From Eledone cirrhosa (taxonomy: Eukaryota), in the NCBI GenBank assembly GCA_964016885.1, contig OZ024748.1, positions 7,626,001 through 7,690,000 of the forward strand: a stretch of DNA of 64,000 nucleotides, in the 5' to 3' direction. The stretch's first letter is position 1, and each line of letters opens with the position of its first letter. The position numbers and the translations under genes are program-made. A model generated the notes under the pieces. The model saw nothing but the letters and a program-made list of their open reading frames with translations, was not told where the DNA came from and did not search any database. Shown one piece after another: positions 51,763 to 64,000 of this stretch.

Positions 51763-52951
51763 CCCTTTAGCATTTAAACCAGCCATATCTGGCCAGAATT
51801 CTCTCAACTCTTTCTTTTCAAACCGTCCATAACTATCCAACCATACTGATGTTAAGGTATTGTTCTCAAAATAAATAATATCAAAATCTCACAGATTCAA
51901 GATTATGTGGGGACGTTGTGTGTGACTGCGGAATCGAACTACAGACTACACAGCACCTCCTCATATGTCCCCTGCTGGAACACCGCTGTACAGTATTGGA
52001 CTTGGCAGAGTTGAATGAGAAAGGAAAGCAATATGTTCAGCTGTGGCGGAACCATATCTAGCCAAGCTTTGTAACTGACACTCTTGTGAACACAAGAAGA
52101 AGAAGAAGATGTGAGGTAAAGCCTTTACTGTAAAAATACAATAGTATATATAGAGTAATGTAAATGTTATATGAGATATGTGAGGTAACGCCTTTACTGT
52201 GAAAATACAATAGTATATATAGAGTAATGTAAATGTTATATGAGATATTATGTGAGATAAAGCCTTTACTGTGAAAATACAATAGTATATATAGAGTAAT
52301 GTAAATGTTATATGAGATATTATGTGAGGTAAAGCCTTTACTGTGAAAATACAATAGTATATATAGAGTAATGTAAATGTTATGTGAGATATTATGTGAG
52401 GTAACACCTTTACTGTGAAAATACAATAGTATATATAGAGTAATGTAAATGTTATATGAGATATTATGTGAGGTAACGCCTTTACTGTGAAAATACAATA
52501 GTATATATAGAGTAATGTAAATGTTATATGAGATATTATGTGAGATAAAGCCTTTACTGTGAAAATACAATAGTATATATAGAGTAATGTAAATGTTATA
52601 TGAGATATTATGTGAGGTAAAGCCTTTACTGTGAAAATACAATAGTATATATAGAGTAATGTAAATGTTATGTGAGGTAACACCTTTACTGTGAAAATAC
52701 AATAGTATATATAGAGTAATGTAAATGTTATATGAGATATTATGTGAGGTAACGCCTTTACTGTGAAAATACAATAGTATATATAGAGTAATGTAAATGT
52801 TATATGAGATATTATGTGAGATAAAGCCTTTACTGTGAAAATACAATAGTATATATAGAGTAATGTAAATGTTATATGAGATATTATGTGAGGTAAAGCC
52901 TTTACTGTGAAAATACAATAGTATATATAGAGTAATGTAAATGTTAAAGGG
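51763..52951 (+). mobile_element. piggyBac-type MITE expanded by a retro-insertion and an internal 72-bp satellite
   Basis: The 5' end matches the 32248 copy. An insertion at about 51911-52108 ends in (GAA)n, followed by about 12 copies of the subterminal 72-bp unit and the 3' TIR TAAAGGG. Confidence 0.75.
52109..52945. repeat. 72-bp minisatellite (~12 copies)
   Basis: ATGTGAGGTAAAGCCTTTACTGTGAAAATACAATAGTATATATAGAGTAATGTAAATGTTATATGAGATATT. Confidence 0.95.
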
Positions 52952-53494
52952 TTCAATATACTTGATATGGATAGATAGAAGATATTTCATCTGATTGATC
53001 TATCTGATCGATTTATCAGGTGAGTTAACAGACTGATTGTATATTACATGTATGGTAATCAATTAATTATATAATGAGTTATTACATAATTGTTTAAAAG
53101 CAAAACAGACTCAGCAAAACTTGGTTCACTAATTGAATGTTTTATCAGTTATGATAATTGATGCAACAAACATGTACCTAGCGTGGAAGATGGACGATGA
53201 TGATGATGATGTAATGATGATGTGGTGATGATGTGATGATGATGATGATGAAAATATTTATTTAATATCAAATACTGAAGCCATACAGGTTGTTAGGAAT
53301 TTCTAGTAATCAGCTACTTTTTATCATTTTACAACTGAGATTGTTTGTAAAAATGATAGGTGTTTATTCTCTCCAACATCTTCATTAAACAGGTTTTAGC
53401 TGGTCCAAACATCTCACAAACATTTAGTATACATGATACCATCTAACCAATGCTAGCGTGGAAAATGGATATTAAATGATAATGATGTTGAGGG

Positions 53495-53532
<38 letters not shown>

Positions 53533-53681
53533 GTGATGGTACATGTGTGTATGCATGTGTTTTTAATGTGATACTTCTTATTAATACTTTTAATGTATGT
53601 TATATTCAACAGCATAACTCGTTAGAAGGCTTCTTACATCGATGGGAAGGTAGAGTATGTATTTATTCCAACATCATTAGC

Positions 53682-54076
53682 TCACCACCAAACCTTCCCT
53701 CACTAACACACTACAACCCTTAATTCACCACCAAACCTTCCCTCACTAACACACTACAACCCTTAATTCACCACCAAACCATCACTCACTAACACACTAC
53801 AACCCTTAATTCACCACCAAACCTTCCCTCACTAACACACTACAACCCTTAATTCACCACCAAACCATCACTCACTAACACACTACAACCCTTAATTCAC
53901 CACCAAACCTTCCCTCACTAACACACTACAACCCTTAATTCACCACCAAACCTTCCCTCACTAACACACTACAACCCTTAATTCACCACCAAACCTTCCC
54001 TCACTAACACACTACAGCCCTTAATTCACCACCAAACCATCACACACTAACACACTACAACTCTTAATTCACCACC
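53682..54076. repeat. 43-bp minisatellite (~9 copies)
   Basis: TCACCACCAAACCTTCCCTCACTAACACACTACAACCCTTAAT. Confidence 0.95.
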
Positions 54077-54741
54077 ATGCACATCACATGTCCATACCAA
54101 CGCAGTCATCTCTCTTGCACACCATTTCTGATTCCTCTTATATCCAGTTTCCCTCTGTTCATCCAAGCTCTGTCATTCTCTGGCATTAACATTGCACATC
54201 CATCGGAGCATGCTTGCTTCATTTCTCTCCAGCCTACACACATCCTCAGCAGTCACTGCCTGTGGACAACATCACACATCACACACAGGTGTCATAAAGT
54301 CATCCTTTCATTCATAATTTATAAGAATTCTTAAGTAAGATTGTAATTCTCAGAGAAAATAAGAACTGTACATGAAGAAAATGTTGTGAGTCACAGATTG
54401 TGGATACAATGAACTGTTATACTGAGAAAGAGTCAAGATAAACGAGATGCCAGCTCCTAATCCCATTGACATAACACAACGAAGAGAGTGAGAAAAAATA
54501 AATATTTTGAAAATTTAACATGATCTGGTGATTATTATAATTACAGATAAGGATGTCCAATTTAAATAAAGGCTATTTATTCTCAGTGAATTAGAGAATG
54601 TTCATGATAGATTAATTTATTCAGCATTGTCCTAAGGATTATTTACAGTAATTGTTCTATATTAGGTTACCATATACAATGGTACAATATATTCTGACTC
54701 TACAGAACAAGCCAACAAACTAATATTCCTCCTCACTTACT

Positions 54742-55960
54742 ATCACTCATTCTTTCTCTGTCTCACTCATTCTCTCCCCCCTTTCTCTCTTTCTCACTCA
54801 TTCTCCCCTCTCTCTCTCTCATTCTTTCTCTTTCTCTCTCTCACTCATTCTCTCCCCCTTTCTCTCTTTCTCACTCATTCTCTCCCCCTTTCTCTCTTTC
54901 TCACTCATTCTCCCCCCTCTCTCTCTCTCATTCTTTCTCTTTCACTCTCTCACTCATTCTCTCCCCCTTTATCTCTTTCTCACTCATTCTGCCCCCTCTC
55001 TCTCTCATTCTTTCTCTTTCTCTGTCTCACTCATTCTCCCCCCCCCCCTCTCTTTCTCACTCATTCTCCACCTCTCTCTCTCATTCTTTCTCTTTCTCTC
55101 TCTCACTCATTCTCTCCCCCTTTCTCTCTTTCTCACCCATTCTCCCCCTCTCTCTCTCTCATTCTTTCTCTTTCTCTCTCTCACTCATTCTCTCCCCCTT
55201 TCTCTCTTTCTCACTCATTCTCCCCCCTCTCTCTCTCATTCTTTCTCTTTCTCTCTCTCACTCATTCTCTCCCCCTTTCTCTCTTTCTCACTCATTCTCC
55301 CCCTCTCTCTCTCATTCTTTCTCTCTCTCACTCATTCTCTCCCCCTTTCTCTCTTTCTCACTCATTCTCCCCCCTCTCTCTCTCTCATTCTTTCTCTTTC
55401 TCTCTCTCACTCATTCTCTCCCCCTTTCTCTCTTTCTCACTCATTCTCCCCCCTCTCTCTCATTCTTTCTCTTTCTCTCTCTCACTCATTCTCTCCCCCT
55501 TTCTCTCTTTCTCACTCATTCTCCCCCCCTCTCTCTCTCATTCTTTCTCTTTCTCTCTCTCACTCATTCTCCCCCCCCCTTCTCTCTTTCTCACTCATTC
55601 TCCCCCTCTCTCTCTCATTCTTTCTCTTTCTCTCTCTCACTCATTCTCTCCCCCTTTCTCTCTTTCTCACTCATTCTCCCCCTCTCTCTCTCATTCTTTC
55701 TCTTTCTCTTTCTCTCTCTCACTCATTCTCTCCCCCTTTCTCTCTTTCTCACTCATTCTCCCCCCTCTCTCTCTCATTCTTTCTCTTTCTCTCTCTCACT
55801 CATTCTCTCCCCCTTTCTCTCTTTCTCACTCATTCTCCCCCTCTCATTCTTTCTCTTTCTCTCTCTCACTCATTCTCTCCCCCTTTCTCTCTTTCTCACT
55901 CATTCTCCCCCCCTCTCTCTCTCATTCTTTCTCTTTCTCTCTCTCACTCATTTTCTCTCT
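54742..55960. repeat. CT-rich higher-order minisatellite (alternating ~30 and ~46 bp subunits)
   Basis: Units anchored on CTCACTCATTCT. Confidence 0.92.
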
Positions 55961-56183
55961 GTTTTTGTTTCACCCTATCCCTTTCTCTCCCTCAATTCTC
56001 TCTTTCTCTCTCTTGTCCCTTATAAATTTTGAACAAACTATCAAACATATTGCTTGGCCCAGACACAACTGCGTAATTATGAATTTTATTCTGCCACCAC
56101 ATGGCTTCAGGTTTGATCCCACAGTGCAACACCTTAGGCAAGTCTTTTCTGTCACTTGGGATTCTTTAACAGAGCCCAGTTAA

Positions 56184-57883
56184 ACACACACACAAGAACA
56201 CACACATGAGCGTACACACACACAAGAACACACATGAGAGAACACACATGAGAACACACACATGAGAGAACACACACATGAGAGAACACACACACAAGAA
56301 CACACATGAGAGTACACACATGAGAACACACACATGAGAGAACACACACACAAGAACACACATGAGAGTACACACACATGAGAACACACACACCAGAACA
56401 CACACACGAGAACACACACGGGAACACACACACGAGAACACACACACAAGAACACACACACGAGAACACACACACCAGAACACACATGAGAGAACACACA
56501 CCAGAACACACATGAGAGAACACACACCAGAACACACATGAGAGAACACACACCAGAACACACACCAGAACACACATGAGAGAACACACACCAGAACACA
56601 CACGTGAGAACACACATGAGAGAACACACACCAGAACACATATGAGAGAACACACACCAGAACACACATGAGAGAACACACACCAGAACACATATGAGAG
56701 AACACACACCAGAACACATATGAGAGAACACACACCAGAACACATATGAGAGAACACACACCAGAACACACATGAGAGAACACACACCAGAACACATATG
56801 AGAGAACACACACCAGAACACACATGAGGGAACACACACCAGAACACACATGAGAGAACACACACCAGAACACACATGAGAGAACACACACCAGAACACA
56901 CATGAGAGAACACACACCAGAACACATATGAGAGAACACACACCAGAACACATATGAGAGAACACACACACCAGAACACACACGTGAGAACACACATGAG
57001 AGAACACACACACCAGAACACACATGAGAGAACACACACCAGAACACACATGAGAGAACACACACCAGAACACACATGAGAGAACACACACCAGAACACA
57101 CACCAGAACACATATGAGAGAACACACACCAGAACACACATGAGAGAACACACACACCAGAACACACATGAGAGAACACACACCAGAACACATATGAGAG
57201 AACACACACCAGAACACACATGAGAGAACACACACCAGAACACATATGAGAGAACACACACCAGAACACACATGAGAGAACACACACCAGAACACATATG
57301 AGAGAACACACACCAGAACACATATGAGAGAACACACACCAGAACACACATGAGAGAACACACACCAGAACACACATGAGAGAACACACACCAGAACACA
57401 TATGAGAGAACACACACCAGAACACACATGAGAGAACACACACACCAGAACACACATGAGAGAACACACACCAGAACACACATGAGAGAACACACACCAG
57501 AACACATATGAGAGAACACACACACCAGAACACACACGTGAGAACACACATGAGAGAACACACATGAGAGAACACACACCAGAACACACATGAGAGAACA
57601 CACACCAGAACACATATGAGAGAACACACACCAGAACACACATGAGAGAACACACACCAGAACACATATGAGAGAACACACACACCAGAACACACACGTG
57701 AGAACACACATGAGAGAACACACACCAGAACACACATGAGAGAACACACACCAGAAGACATATGAGAGAACACACACCAGAACACATATGAGAGAACACA
57801 CACACCAGAACACACACGTGAGAACACACATGAGAGAACACACACCAGAACACACACGTGAGAACACACATGAGAGAACACAC
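56184..57883. repeat. CA/GA-rich ~26-bp minisatellite, 1.7 kb
   Basis: ATGAGAGAACACACACCAGAACACAC units with dinucleotide slippage. Confidence 0.95.
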
Positions 57884-58683
57884 TCCTGTCAAATTATAAA
57901 CTCTCTTTCTAGACAGTCCTTGATATTCCGTTAAACCACAAACTCTATTCTGTCCACCAAGGCTGCAGGGTGACCAGCATGTGGGTTCCCATTTGCTCAC
58001 AATAGTGAGAGATGAGGAGAGTGGGAGAGACAGAGGCAGTGACAGGTTCTTTTATGTTTGGACTTGGTGCATATATCTGCCTGGTTCCTGCTTGTTTCAG
58101 TGCCTTAGCCTCATCTCTGGAACTAAATTATTTCCCAAGCATCATCCAGATGTGATCTACACATCACATATTTTCAGATATACACCTCTCTTATCTTCCT
58201 GATCACACAAACTACGCTGGTATGTCTTATACAATAATACATTATGGCAGTCGAGTGTGTGGCTTTCTTTCTCAATATCCAGTATAATTTTTATATTGCT
58301 GTACATTCTGATAGTTTCTACAATAGAAGTGGATGTGGTGGACTTGGCAGTATATGTTCCTTTCTACTTACCAAAGGTGATGTGTAACGTAGCACTTTGT
58401 TTCTGGTTTAATAGGATTAGTGAGACTGCTGCTCTTTGTGTGTGTGTATTTTATTGGATAGAAGAGACAAATAACATCATCATCATCACCACCATCACCA
58501 AAACCGGGATACATATGGCATATATATATATATATATATTTTTAAAGGTTAAACAAGGTTCAATGAATAAATCGAAGAATTAGTTTTACAGTAGATTGGA
58601 AGCACTCAACTGATATGGTTTTCCGGAGTTATTAATATTCATTCAAAATATTAACAAAAATAGAACTTCATTGTGATCAAGTA

Positions 58684-58750
58684 TATTTTATTATACATAT
58701 TTCAGAGGTACTGAGCTAACTTCAACAGTACGTCCTCATCAGATAAAATA
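58684..58750 (-). ncRNA. Minimal type-I hammerhead ribozyme motif, left arm of palindrome
   Basis: Exact reverse complement of 58855-58921. Confidence 0.72.
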
Positions 58751-58854
58751 AGATGATGCATGACATACCCTGACATAGTAGATGGTTAAGATCCAGTCAT
58801 AGTAGTGACAGGATCTTAACCATCTACTATGTCAGGGTATGTCATGCATCATCT

Positions 58855-58921
58855 TATTTTATCTGATGAGGACGTACTGTTGAAGTTAGCTCAGTACCTC
58901 TGAAATATGTATAATAAAATA
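58855..58921 (+). ncRNA. Minimal type-I hammerhead ribozyme motif (family A variant), right arm of palindrome
   Basis: TATTTTAT-CTGATGA-GGACGTACTG..CAGTACCTCT-GAAA-TATGTA-TA-ATAAAATA. Confidence 0.72.
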
Positions 58922-58982
58922 TACTTGATCACAGTGAAGTTCTATTTTTGTTAATATTTTGAATGAATATATATATATATAT

Positions 58983-59321
58983 GGAGGCACATGGCTTAGT
59001 GGTTAGAGCATTGGCCTTGCAATTGAAAGGTTGTGAGTTCAATTCTCAGACCGGGTGATGTGTTGTTTCCTTGAGCAAGACACTTTATTTCATGTTGCTC
59101 CAGTTTACTCAGCTGTAGAAATAAGCTGATAGGGACTTGGGTCCCTATAATTCCACTGCAAAGTGGTCGTGTAGGTGCCATGGAAAAAAAAGCACCCAGC
59201 ACTCACTGTAAATGAGGTTGGTGTTAGGAAGGGCATCCAGCTGTAGAAATCAAGCCAGAATCAGTTCCCGTCCCACCCTTGCAAGCAGGGAAAAGTGGAC
59301 GTAAAATGATGATGATGATGA
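58983..59321 (+). mobile_element. tRNA-derived SINE (same family as 16409)
   Basis: Closely similar to 16409-16793. Confidence 0.85.
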
Positions 59322-59616
59322 TATATATATATTAGAAAGTGATTTTTTTTTATATATATATTAGAAAGTGAGGTTTTTTTACAAAATGAAAAAAAAACGA
59401 GGTGTCTTACACAAGTGAAAATATAAGGAAAAAAAATGAAATCGAAAATGCAACTGGAGTCTTTTTTTTTTTTAAATATATATTTATTTGGTTCCTTTAC
59501 CGGTTTCGCAGTTCTTCTGCTTTTCAAAAGTATATATATATATATATATATGCTGTGCTGAATAGGACCCGTCCCACCCTTGCAAGCAGGGAAAAGCGGA
59601 TGTAAAATGATGATGA

Positions 59617-59649
<33 letters not shown>

Positions 59650-60577
59650 GTTTAATATAGAAATGGCATTTATACAACCGTCTTACAAGGACAGTTGGCT
59701 TTCCACATGATTTCTTTTGAATGAAACAGTTCTAGTCCTGTAGAAGCCATTTCTATATTAAACATGATGTTTACACTCTACTAATGTATATAGTACCTTT
59801 CTTACTGTGGGTACCCCCGATTGAACCCAGGACTCATCATCATCATCTTGCATATGATTGAACAATATATATTGTAGCCAGCATATGTAGACTATTATAA
59901 TAGACATAGAAACATATGTTAAAGCCAATAAATTCTTATTCTTCTTCCTCACTGATGTCTATATTTTTCTTGGTGCAATACTTGCTTATTTGCCTTTCAT
60001 CCTTACGGGGTCGATAAAATAAAGTACCAGTAATACACTGGGATAATTGCTGGCCTTGTACCAAAAAGTAGGAACAATTATATTATATTATATATATATA
60101 TATATATGGCATGAAGAGGACTGTGATGTCTGTGGTTTGCTCTCTGGCAAGCTTTCATTTTGAGCATTTTTGTTTCATTCGAAAGATTTTCTGTTATGAT
60201 CGAAAGTAGACTGATACGTGTTTTTGTAACAGAGATTAAAACTATCATAGTCTGTGATGGATTTAATATATGGTATTTTATTATTTGTTGTTATTAAACC
60301 CCAGGTCAGCCTTTATTGAATAATCCTCTATCTCGCAGTTAGTTACCTGGGCAACGAGACACGACTCATATATTCATCTTCCCTGTTATATATAATATAA
60401 ACTTTTATTGACTGCTTTGTACTGTCACTGTTACTTACACACCTACACACACCTACACACTAAAGCCAATGCCACCACAATGACAATTATTGACAATTCT
60501 TTTATGAAGAAGAACTGCCATTTTAGTTTTCAAAAAATTTCTGAAAACTGTTAATACTAATTTTAATAAAACTTATA

Positions 60578-60926
60578 CAGTGTACCCCAGCATTCACAGT
60601 CCTGACATCCGCTGTTCCGGTTATTCGCGGAATTTTCTTTAGGATCTAACTAATAATTGTTTGTGGAAACCACTACATATTCGCGGAACCGTAAATATTA
60701 TCCACGATTTTTTTAATGGCTTTTTTCGTGGCAATATATATTTTTTAATGTTAAATTATTAATAACAATATACCGTATTTGCTGGCCTGTTGGATGCCCC
60801 TTCATATAAGATGGTCCCTCTTGTTTTACTATATTTTACGTTATATGTCGACGTTGATAAGCATTTTTATGGACCACGTCCAATATTTGTGGTTTTTCAC
60901 TGTTCACGAATACCGGGGGACAACTA
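60578..60926. mobile_element. pogo/Tigger-like MITE remnant
   Basis: TA-CAGTGTACCCCAGCATTCAC ... CACGAATACCGGGGGACAACTA-TA degenerate TIRs; internal TATTCGCGG repeats. Confidence 0.45.
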
Positions 60927-62635
60927 TATATAAATTTTCATATAATTTTAATTTCTTTTTCATATAATTTAAATTACTTTTTCATATAATTTAAATTTCT
61001 TTTTCATATAATTTAAATTTCTTTTCAAGTCTACCTAACAGATACGAGATATATTAAATAATAATATTTTTCATGGAGTTGTTTATTTTATGAGAAATTG
61101 GATGCCAAATGATAATATAATATAATTTATCTCATGGCAACATATGGAAATATCTAGTATATCAACCAATCTATCTTTTTTTCTTTTTCTACTGAATCAT
61201 ACGAGTGATACTGATGTAAGAATGTTTACCATAGTAACATATATCTGCAAAAGTATTTATATCACTTTCAAGTGAAAAGGATAATGTAAAATGACGCCGA
61301 CCTAATTTACCATGACCAAACATGTTACCATGGATATTAGACAATATAAGACTCTTTGGATGAAATAGGAAGACAAGAAAATATTCCCTTCTAAAGAATA
61401 AATTAAAAATAAGAATCTTTTAATTTGTATACATAATTTAAAGTTGCTGCGCAACAGAATTCGAAAATGACTATAAGAGAAAAATAATATTTACTGCTGT
61501 TGTAGCGAAATAGAAAACCTATGTAAATGAATTTTTATCGTGATATTGATTTGTTTAAGAAATAGCTTTGTTAGACAACAGCTGTGGGGATAAGAGGTGT
61601 TTTCTACATGCCAGTTTTGTCTTCATGTCAATGCTGGAATATTTCATGCACAGAACATAAATTCCTATAAAATCTCATAAGGATTTTTTTTTCTTTATAA
61701 TATAATATTTTTATTTAATTTAATTATGCCTATAAATAAACATAATTTATGTTAAAAGAAAAAATGAATGGAAAAAGGTAAGAGACAACATGCCTGCACA
61801 ATCACATACAACAAGGGCTGCTGGAGTTTCCCTCTAATAATTTTTGAAGCAGGCCAACACACACTTACAGCTTTACTATAGATGATAGCATGACTAAGAT
61901 ACTGAAATAGCCAAGTGCTCTCATAAATATTACCTGATAGATTGGTAAATCGAGAATGAACCCAAACACCCTAACCAGTAAGCCATCTATGCAGTCACAC
62001 ACATAGACAATGTAAGAATTAACAAGGAATTAAGTAACAACATATTATATATATATAGAGTATCCCCCAAAGTGTACACACTTTCATTACCTATACAGGC
62101 AATATTTATTAGAATATTATTTAAGTGTGTATACATTTTTGGGGTCACCCTGTATATATATATATATATATACAGGTTTTTTTCCCCCCCGCTAGCATGG
62201 GATATATATATATATATATATCTCCCATGCTAGCAGGGGGGAAAAAACCCATGTTAAACAATGATGATGGTGGTAGTGGTGATGATGATGATGATGATGA
62301 TGATATATGTAAACATAAGATTTGAGAAACCAATATGGAATTTTTAGATTAAATACATATAAAAAATATTTAAGTTCATTTTCAAGGCACAAACTGCAAA
62401 GTTAGTGACACCAGACATGATTTGGAATAAAAACTACACTTAAAACTATGTAAGATAAATAAAGTTTTATTTACAATGTGACACAATCTCTACATATGTT
62501 ACTACTCACAAGTCAACATGTGATTACATGACTATTATCATGAAGAAATTAGATTTATCAAACAGCTGCTATTTTCAGGGTTGTTTCTCAACTCCTAGAA
62601 ACAACAGTTACACAGCTACACAATATATGAAGGAC

Positions 62636-63200
62636 ACTACAACTACAGCTACATTACAACTACAGCTACATTACAACCACAACTATACTACAACCACAAC
62701 TATACTACAACCACAGCTATACTACAACCACAGCTATACTACAACCACAGCTATACTACAACCACAGCTACATTACAACCACAACTATACTACAACCACA
62801 GCTATACTACAACCACAGCTATACTACAACCACAGCTATACTACAACTACAGCTACATTACAACTACAGCTACATTACAACCACAACTATACTACAACCA
62901 CAACTATACTACAACCACAGCTATACTACAACCACAGCTATACTACAACCACAGCTATACTACAACCACAGCTATACAACAACCACACTACACAACAACC
63001 ATAGCTATAATAAAACCACAACTACAACTACAACCACAGCTATACTACAACCAAAAATATGCAACGACCACAGCTATACTACAACCACAACTATACTACA
63101 ACCACAACTATACTACAACCACAACTATACTACAACCACAGCTATACTACACTACAACCACAGTTACACTACAAAGCTATACTACAACTATAACCACAGT
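62636..63200. repeat. ~20-bp ACTACAACCACAGCTAT-type minisatellite
   Basis: Visible directly in the sequence. Confidence 0.9.
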
Positions 63201-63215
63201 TGCCTCTCGGTCCAG

Positions 63216-64000
63216 TCAAAACTATTAACCCCTGTCATATATATCAAGTTGTCAAAGTCCCAACCTCAACAGCTGTCACTGCCCTTCATTCCTCTATCAA
63301 AACTATTAACCCCTATCATATATATCAAGTTGTCAAAGTCCCAACCTCAACAGCTGTCACTGCCCTTCATTCCTCTATTAACCCCTGTCATATATATCAA
63401 GTTGTCAAAGTCCCAACCTCAACAGCTGTCACTGCCCTTCATTCCTCTATCAAAACTATTAACCCCTATCATATATATCAAGTTGTCAAAGTCCCAACCT
63501 CAACAGCTGCCACTGCCCTTCATTCCTCTATCAAAACTATTAACCACTGTCATATATATCAAACTGTCAAAGTCCCAACCTCAACAGCTGTCACTGCCCT
63601 TCATTCCTCTATCAAAACTATTAACTACTGTCATATATATCAAACTGTCAAAGTCCAAACCTCAACAGCTGTCACTGCCCTTCATTCCTCTATCAAAACT
63701 ATTAACCACTGTCATATATATCAAACTGTCAAAGTCCAAACCTCAACGGCTGTCACTGCCCTTCATTCCTCTATCAAAACTATTAACCACTGTCATATAT
63801 ATCAAACTGTCAAAGTCCCAACCTCAACAGCTGTCACTGCCCTTCATTCCTCTATCAAAACTATTAACCACTGTCATATATATCAAACTGTCAAAGTCCA
63901 AACCTCAACGGCTGTCACTGCCCTTCATTCCTCTATCAAAACTATTAACCACTGTCATATATATCAAACTGTCAAAGTCCCAACCTCAACAGCTGTCACT
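63216..64000. repeat. 81-bp minisatellite running off the window
   Basis: TCAAAACTATTAACCACTGTCATATATATCAAACTGTCAAAGTCCCAACCTCAACAGCTGTCACTGCCCTTCATTCCTCTA; one 72-bp variant. Confidence 0.95.

Larger units (their letters stand above)
58635..58970. repeat. 336-bp near-perfect palindrome with two hammerhead motifs
   Basis: 160-bp arms (58635-58794 / 58811-58970) with about one mismatch and a 16-nt, partly paired centre. Confidence 0.93.

Noticed and set aside
51961-52990. 310-331 aa repetitive ORFs
   Set aside because: Product of the 72-bp MITE-derived satellite.
56152-58000. 571-606 aa Cys/Val-rich ORFs in three frames
   Set aside because: Translation of a stop-free minisatellite with dinucleotide slippage; open in all three minus frames, so not evidence of coding.

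Overview
AT-rich, intron-rich animal genomic DNA. The (TA)n density and the SINE/LINE families suggest a coleoid cephalopod such as Octopus; this is an inference. Four spliced housekeeping genes can be rebuilt by hand with GT-AG junctions and consistent phases: CENPN (minus, 4242-10758, 335 aa), SLC33A1/AT-1 (minus, 14429-21388, 520 aa), METTL25B/RRNAD1 (plus, 23220-32666, 825 aa, head-to-head with SLC33A1) and CHMP5 (minus, 34902-41139, 220 aa). I found no convincing gene between 41.2 and 64 kb. The rest is tRNA-derived SINEs, RTE-type LINE 3' ends, a decayed mariner, piggyBac/Tc1/pogo MITEs, a Helentron-like element and many mini- and microsatellites. The most notable signal is several distinct families of short fold-back repeats carrying minimal type-I hammerhead ribozyme motifs, as in Penelope-like elements and retrozymes. 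One is a 336-bp palindrome with a hammerhead on each strand. Copies that lie sense to host pre-mRNAs appear to carry core-inactivating changes. Second, an 18-unit, SQ/TQ-rich coding minisatellite is inserted in frame inside the METTL25B methyltransferase domain. Everything was read by eye; no searches or folding programs were run.
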